Positions 61,149 to 64,000 of a stretch of DNA of 64,000 nt are shown here, piece by piece. The position numbers and the translations under genes were made by a program. The DNA comes from Acidobacteriota bacterium (GTDB lineage Bacteria > Acidobacteriota > UBA6911 > RPQK01 > JAJDTT01), in contig CBDCJH010000002.1 of assembly GCA_965217775.1 (NCBI GenBank), positions 5,056,001 to 5,120,000 on the forward strand, in the 5' to 3' direction. The notes under the pieces are model-generated. The model was not told the DNA's origin and did not search any database. It was given only the letters and a program-made list of their open reading frames with translations. Position 1 is the stretch's first letter; each line of letters starts with the position of its first letter.

Positions 61149-64000
61149 TCAATACCAGCGATCGACGCGGCGGGTGTTCCACTCCTGCAGGTAGCGCTGG
61201 TGGGCCGGCGTGTCCGGATAACGCTCGTTCGGGGCGTACGGGAAACGGCTCATGCCGTGAAAAGGCAGCGGTCCTACGGTGTCCGGGGAGGCCGAATGGA
61301 GGTCCATGTCCTTGCCGAATCCATCCACATAGACCAGATAATCCCTCACCCATCCTTCGGGGGGAGCGGGAATTCGGTCCAGATCGAAGAAGGCCTCGAT
61401 CTCATCGCCGGCACGGGTGGTGACGAACATGTCGTCCCGTTTCAGCAGCAGCGGACTCACCTCGCCGAACCGGGTGTAGTTGCCGATGTGCGCCTTCCAG
61501 GGAGCCGTGGGAAGGATCCGGCTGCGGTCATAGGCCAGGAGGGGTTTCCCGATCCCGGCCGGATAGCCCAGGTGGTGAAGATCGGCTCGTTGGGAACTGA
61601 GCCGGAAGGTCCTGAAGTCGCGGCGGGTTGGACTCGCATCCACCAGAATTCGGTCCCAATGAATCCGCATGTTGGTGCGAATCCGGACCTTCCGGCTGTC
61701 GCTCGGGAACTTGCCCGAGAGATCGACGGTCATGGGCTTGGGAAGGCCCGCCGGAAAGCCCATGCGTTCGATGACGGTCACCCAATCGCCGCTCGAATCC
61801 TGAACCTGGAGGACCGGGGGACTCAGGCTCAGACCGGCCTGAGACGCCGCCAGGTTGCTGGTGCTGTCCGCATAGTCGATCCAGGCGTCGAGCAGGAGGC
61901 GCGTGTTCTCTCCCGAAACCGGGCCGAGATCCAGGATCAGCTCATGCGGTTCGGCATAGCCCTTGAAGGGCAGGTTTCGGAACAAGGCGGGGTATTTGCC
62001 GTCGAGTTTGCTGAGGGCGGACAGCAGATCTTGGCCCTTGCCGTCGGTGGCCGAAAGCGGCGGCCGCGGATCGGAGAAGGTCAAGAGTCGAAAGTTGGCG
62101 TAGGGAGGTCCCGGAAGCAGTTTCTCGTCCGGGTAGATCTCGTAGTCGTCCGGATGGTCCACCACCACCAGCTCGAGTTTGTCGAACAGGATCAACTCTT
62201 CCAACTGGTTGTTCAACGTGATCGCCAACCGCCCCTCTTTCAGCGCCACTTGGCCCCGGTTCAGCTTCACGTATTCGTCGGTGTCGGGATAGTTGAAGGT
62301 ACCCGGCGAGAGCAGGTAGCCGTAGGCGCTCCCTCCCAGGAAATCGGTCTGAAAGACGTAGCGCTCTCCGTTCCAGACGTAGAGGATGGGGCAACTCGTC
62401 CCCTTGCGGTCCAGCTCCTGGATCTCCAGAGCCTGGTTCACCTCCTGATTGAGTTCCGACTGCAGGACCCCGCCGGGCCACAATAGCCGGACGATGTCGA
62501 TCTCCGTTCGGCGGCCCAATCCGAAATGCAGGGTGGCTGCATTCTGGCTCAGGAAGCCGTAGCCTCCGCGCACCTCCTCTTTCTGGAGGAGGCGGCCGCT
62601 ACGAATCTCGACCTTGGTTCCGATGGCGCTCTGGTTGCTGTTGGTCCCGCGGGCGGTCACGGAGACCCAATTGTTGCGGTTGCCTCCCTGGTTCCGCAGC
62701 AACAGGGGACGATCTCCATTCACGTTGGCGACCAGGTCCAGGTCCCCATCCCCGTCGTAGTCCGCGGCGCTCACGCCGCGCACCGGGAGACCGCGGAACT
62801 CGTCCAGGCGCGCTTGCCGGCTCACGTCCTGGAAACGGCCCCGGTGATTGGCCAAGAGGTGAAAATTGCGTCGCGGCTCCTCCCAGCTCGAGTCGAACAG
62901 GGGAGCCGCCACGATCAGAAGGTCACGGTCGCCGTCGTTGTCGAAGTCCAGAAGATGAGCCGTATGCGCATGGCCCGGCGCTTCCCAGTCCCGGGGCATC
63001 CAGTCTTGGCGGCGAGCGTACCGGAGGTTCCTGGCCTGCTGGGTCCGGAGGCTGAAGTCGGATCCGGTCAGTGTGGGGAGTACCAAGTCCAGGAAGCCCC
63101 GGTGCGCCAAATCTCCGATTCCGACGCCGACGCCCTCACCGTCGCCGGAGACTCCGGCGGCTTCGGCCAGGTCCACGAAGGTTCCGTCCCGCTGATTGCT
63201 GAAGAGCTGGTTCGGCGCGCCCCGATTGACGAAATAGAAATCGATGTCCCTTCGGTTGTCGAAGTCCGTGCAGACGGAAGACCAGGTCTGCCGGTGCTCC
63301 CCGGCCAGGCCGGAGGATTCGCTGACGTCGGTGAAGGTCCCGTCGGAGTTGTTGCGAAAAAGGGAGTTGATCGCTCCCGGAAAATCCTGGGGAAAACGGG
63401 TCCCGGCCGCGACCCTTTCGGGCCGGCCCGTGAGGTTGGTGACCAGGAGGTCCAGGTCCCCGTCGTGGTCGTAGTCGACGAACGCTCCTCCGCTCCCCCA
63501 GGCGGGGTCGCCGACTCCCGCCTGCTCCGTGACTTCCACAAAGCGCCCGTTCCCTTCATTCCTGTAGAGGACGTTGGGTCCGTAGTTGATGAGGTAGAGG
63601 TCCAGGTCCCGGTCGTTGTCGTAGTCTCCCCAGATGCCGTGCATGGTCCGGCCCTTCCGGTCGAGCCCCGATTCCCCGGTCGTCTCCTGAAAGGTGCCGT
63701 CTCCTTGATTTCGGAAGAGTGAACTCCGGCTTCCTCCGGGCCCGGCGTTGGACAGGAACAGGTCCACATGACCATCTCCATCGTAATCGCCAAAGGAGCT
63801 TCCCGATCCGACCCAAGGGACCAGATGGTCCTCCAACTCCCGGACCGAGGACACCTCCGGATCGACCGTCCCGGGGCCCGCATGTCGAAAGCTCAGGCCC
63901 GCGGCGTCACCGTCCTCTTGGAATCGAACCGCAAACTCTTCCCGGTCCTGAATGGAAGGCTGTGGCAGGTAGTCGTCAAGATCCTCCAGCACCAGGGCGT
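61149..64000 (-). CDS. CRTAC1/ASPIC-UnbV family FG-GAP repeat protein (5' end outside window)
   Basis: Repeated DYDxDGDLDL motifs, ASPIC-like LHFGLG...WPGG, and a C-terminal SCP...W domain; frame is open to the window edge. Confidence 0.9.
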   Translation of the reverse strand, partial: ALVLEDLDDYLPQPSIQDREEFAVRFQEDGDAAGLSFRHAGPGTVDPEVSSVRELEDHLVPWVGSGSSFGDYDGDGHVDLFLSNAGPGGSRSSLFRNQGDGTFQETTGESGLDRKGRTMHGIWGDYDNDRDLDLYLINYGPNVLYRNEGNGRFVEVTEQAGVGDPAWGSGGAFVDYDHDGDLDLLVTNLTGRPERVAAGTRFPQDFPGAINSLFRNNSDGTFTDVSESSGLAGEHRQTWSSVCTDFDNRRDIDFYFVNRGAPNQLFSNQRDGTFVDLAEAAGVSGDGEGVGVGIGDLAHRGFLDLVLPTLTGSDFSLRTQQARNLRYARRQDWMPRDWEAPGHAHTAHLLDFDNDGDRDLLIVAAPLFDSSWEEPRRNFHLLANHRGRFQDVSRQARLDEFRGLPVRGVSAADYDGDGDLDLVANVNGDRPLLLRNQGGNRNNWVSVTARGTNSNQSAIGTKVEIRSGRLLQKEEVRGGYGFLSQNAATLHFGLGRRTEIDIVRLLWPGGVLQSELNQEVNQALEIQELDRKGTSCPILYVWNGERYVFQTDFLGGSAYGYLLSPGTFNYPDTDEYVKLNRGQVALKEGRLAITLNNQLEELILFDKLELVVVDHPDDYEIYPDEKLLPGPPYANFRLLTFSDPRPPLSATDGKGQDLLSALSKLDGKYPALFRNLPFKGYAEPHELILDLGPVSGENTRLLLDAWIDYADSTSNLAASQAGLSLSPPVLQVQDSSGDWVTVIERMGFPAGLPKPMTVDLSGKFPSDSRKVRIRTNMRIHWDRILVDASPTRRDFRTFRLSSQRADLHHLGYPAGIGKPLLAYDRSRILPTAPWKAHIGNYTRFGEVSPLLLKRDDMFVTTRAGDEIEAFFDLDRIPAPPEGWVRDYLVYVDGFGKDMDLHSASPDTVGPLPFHGMSRFPYAPNERYPDTPAHQRYLQEWNTRRVDRWY

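Noticed and set aside
61149-64000. FG-GAP repeats as a novel repeat system
   Set aside because: Ordinary protein-level repeats of the CRTAC1/ASPIC family.

Overview
High-GC bacterial chromosomal window. Duplicated orphan (ADOP-type) permeases and a CRTAC1/ASPIC-type protein suggest Acidobacteriota (inference). Core genes: a TlpA-like redoxin (partial), lutABC-queD-queC, a radical SAM/metallophosphoesterase pair, and an acyl-CoA ligase-ACP-acyltransferase fusion. A 14-kb respiratory cluster follows: A1-type cytochrome c oxidase, Rieske protein, split cytochrome b, octaheme cytochrome c, Cu-motif lipoprotein, heme A and heme O synthases and an ABC ATPase. The probable ABC permease/DUF420 continuation of that cluster lies about 18.5 kb downstream. 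The window ends with efp, addBA, an ETF-quinone oxidoreductase, cstA and a partial FG-GAP/ASPIC protein. The intervening 18.5 kb carries a tightly coupled three-gene cassette ending in a ComEC-like MBL hydrolase (candidate defence/toxin system). It also carries a sigma-54-controlled tripartite efflux module whose tolC is interrupted by a 158-bp MITE with a CTAG duplication. Three MITE families and several REP families occur. A 3.2-kb island bounded by two divergent copies of the cstA 3' end contains a RAYT (HUH tyrosine transposase) surrounded by GGGACAGTC repeats that separate unrelated gene fragments. No rRNA, tRNA or CRISPR array was seen. All calls come from motif recognition by eye; no searches were run.
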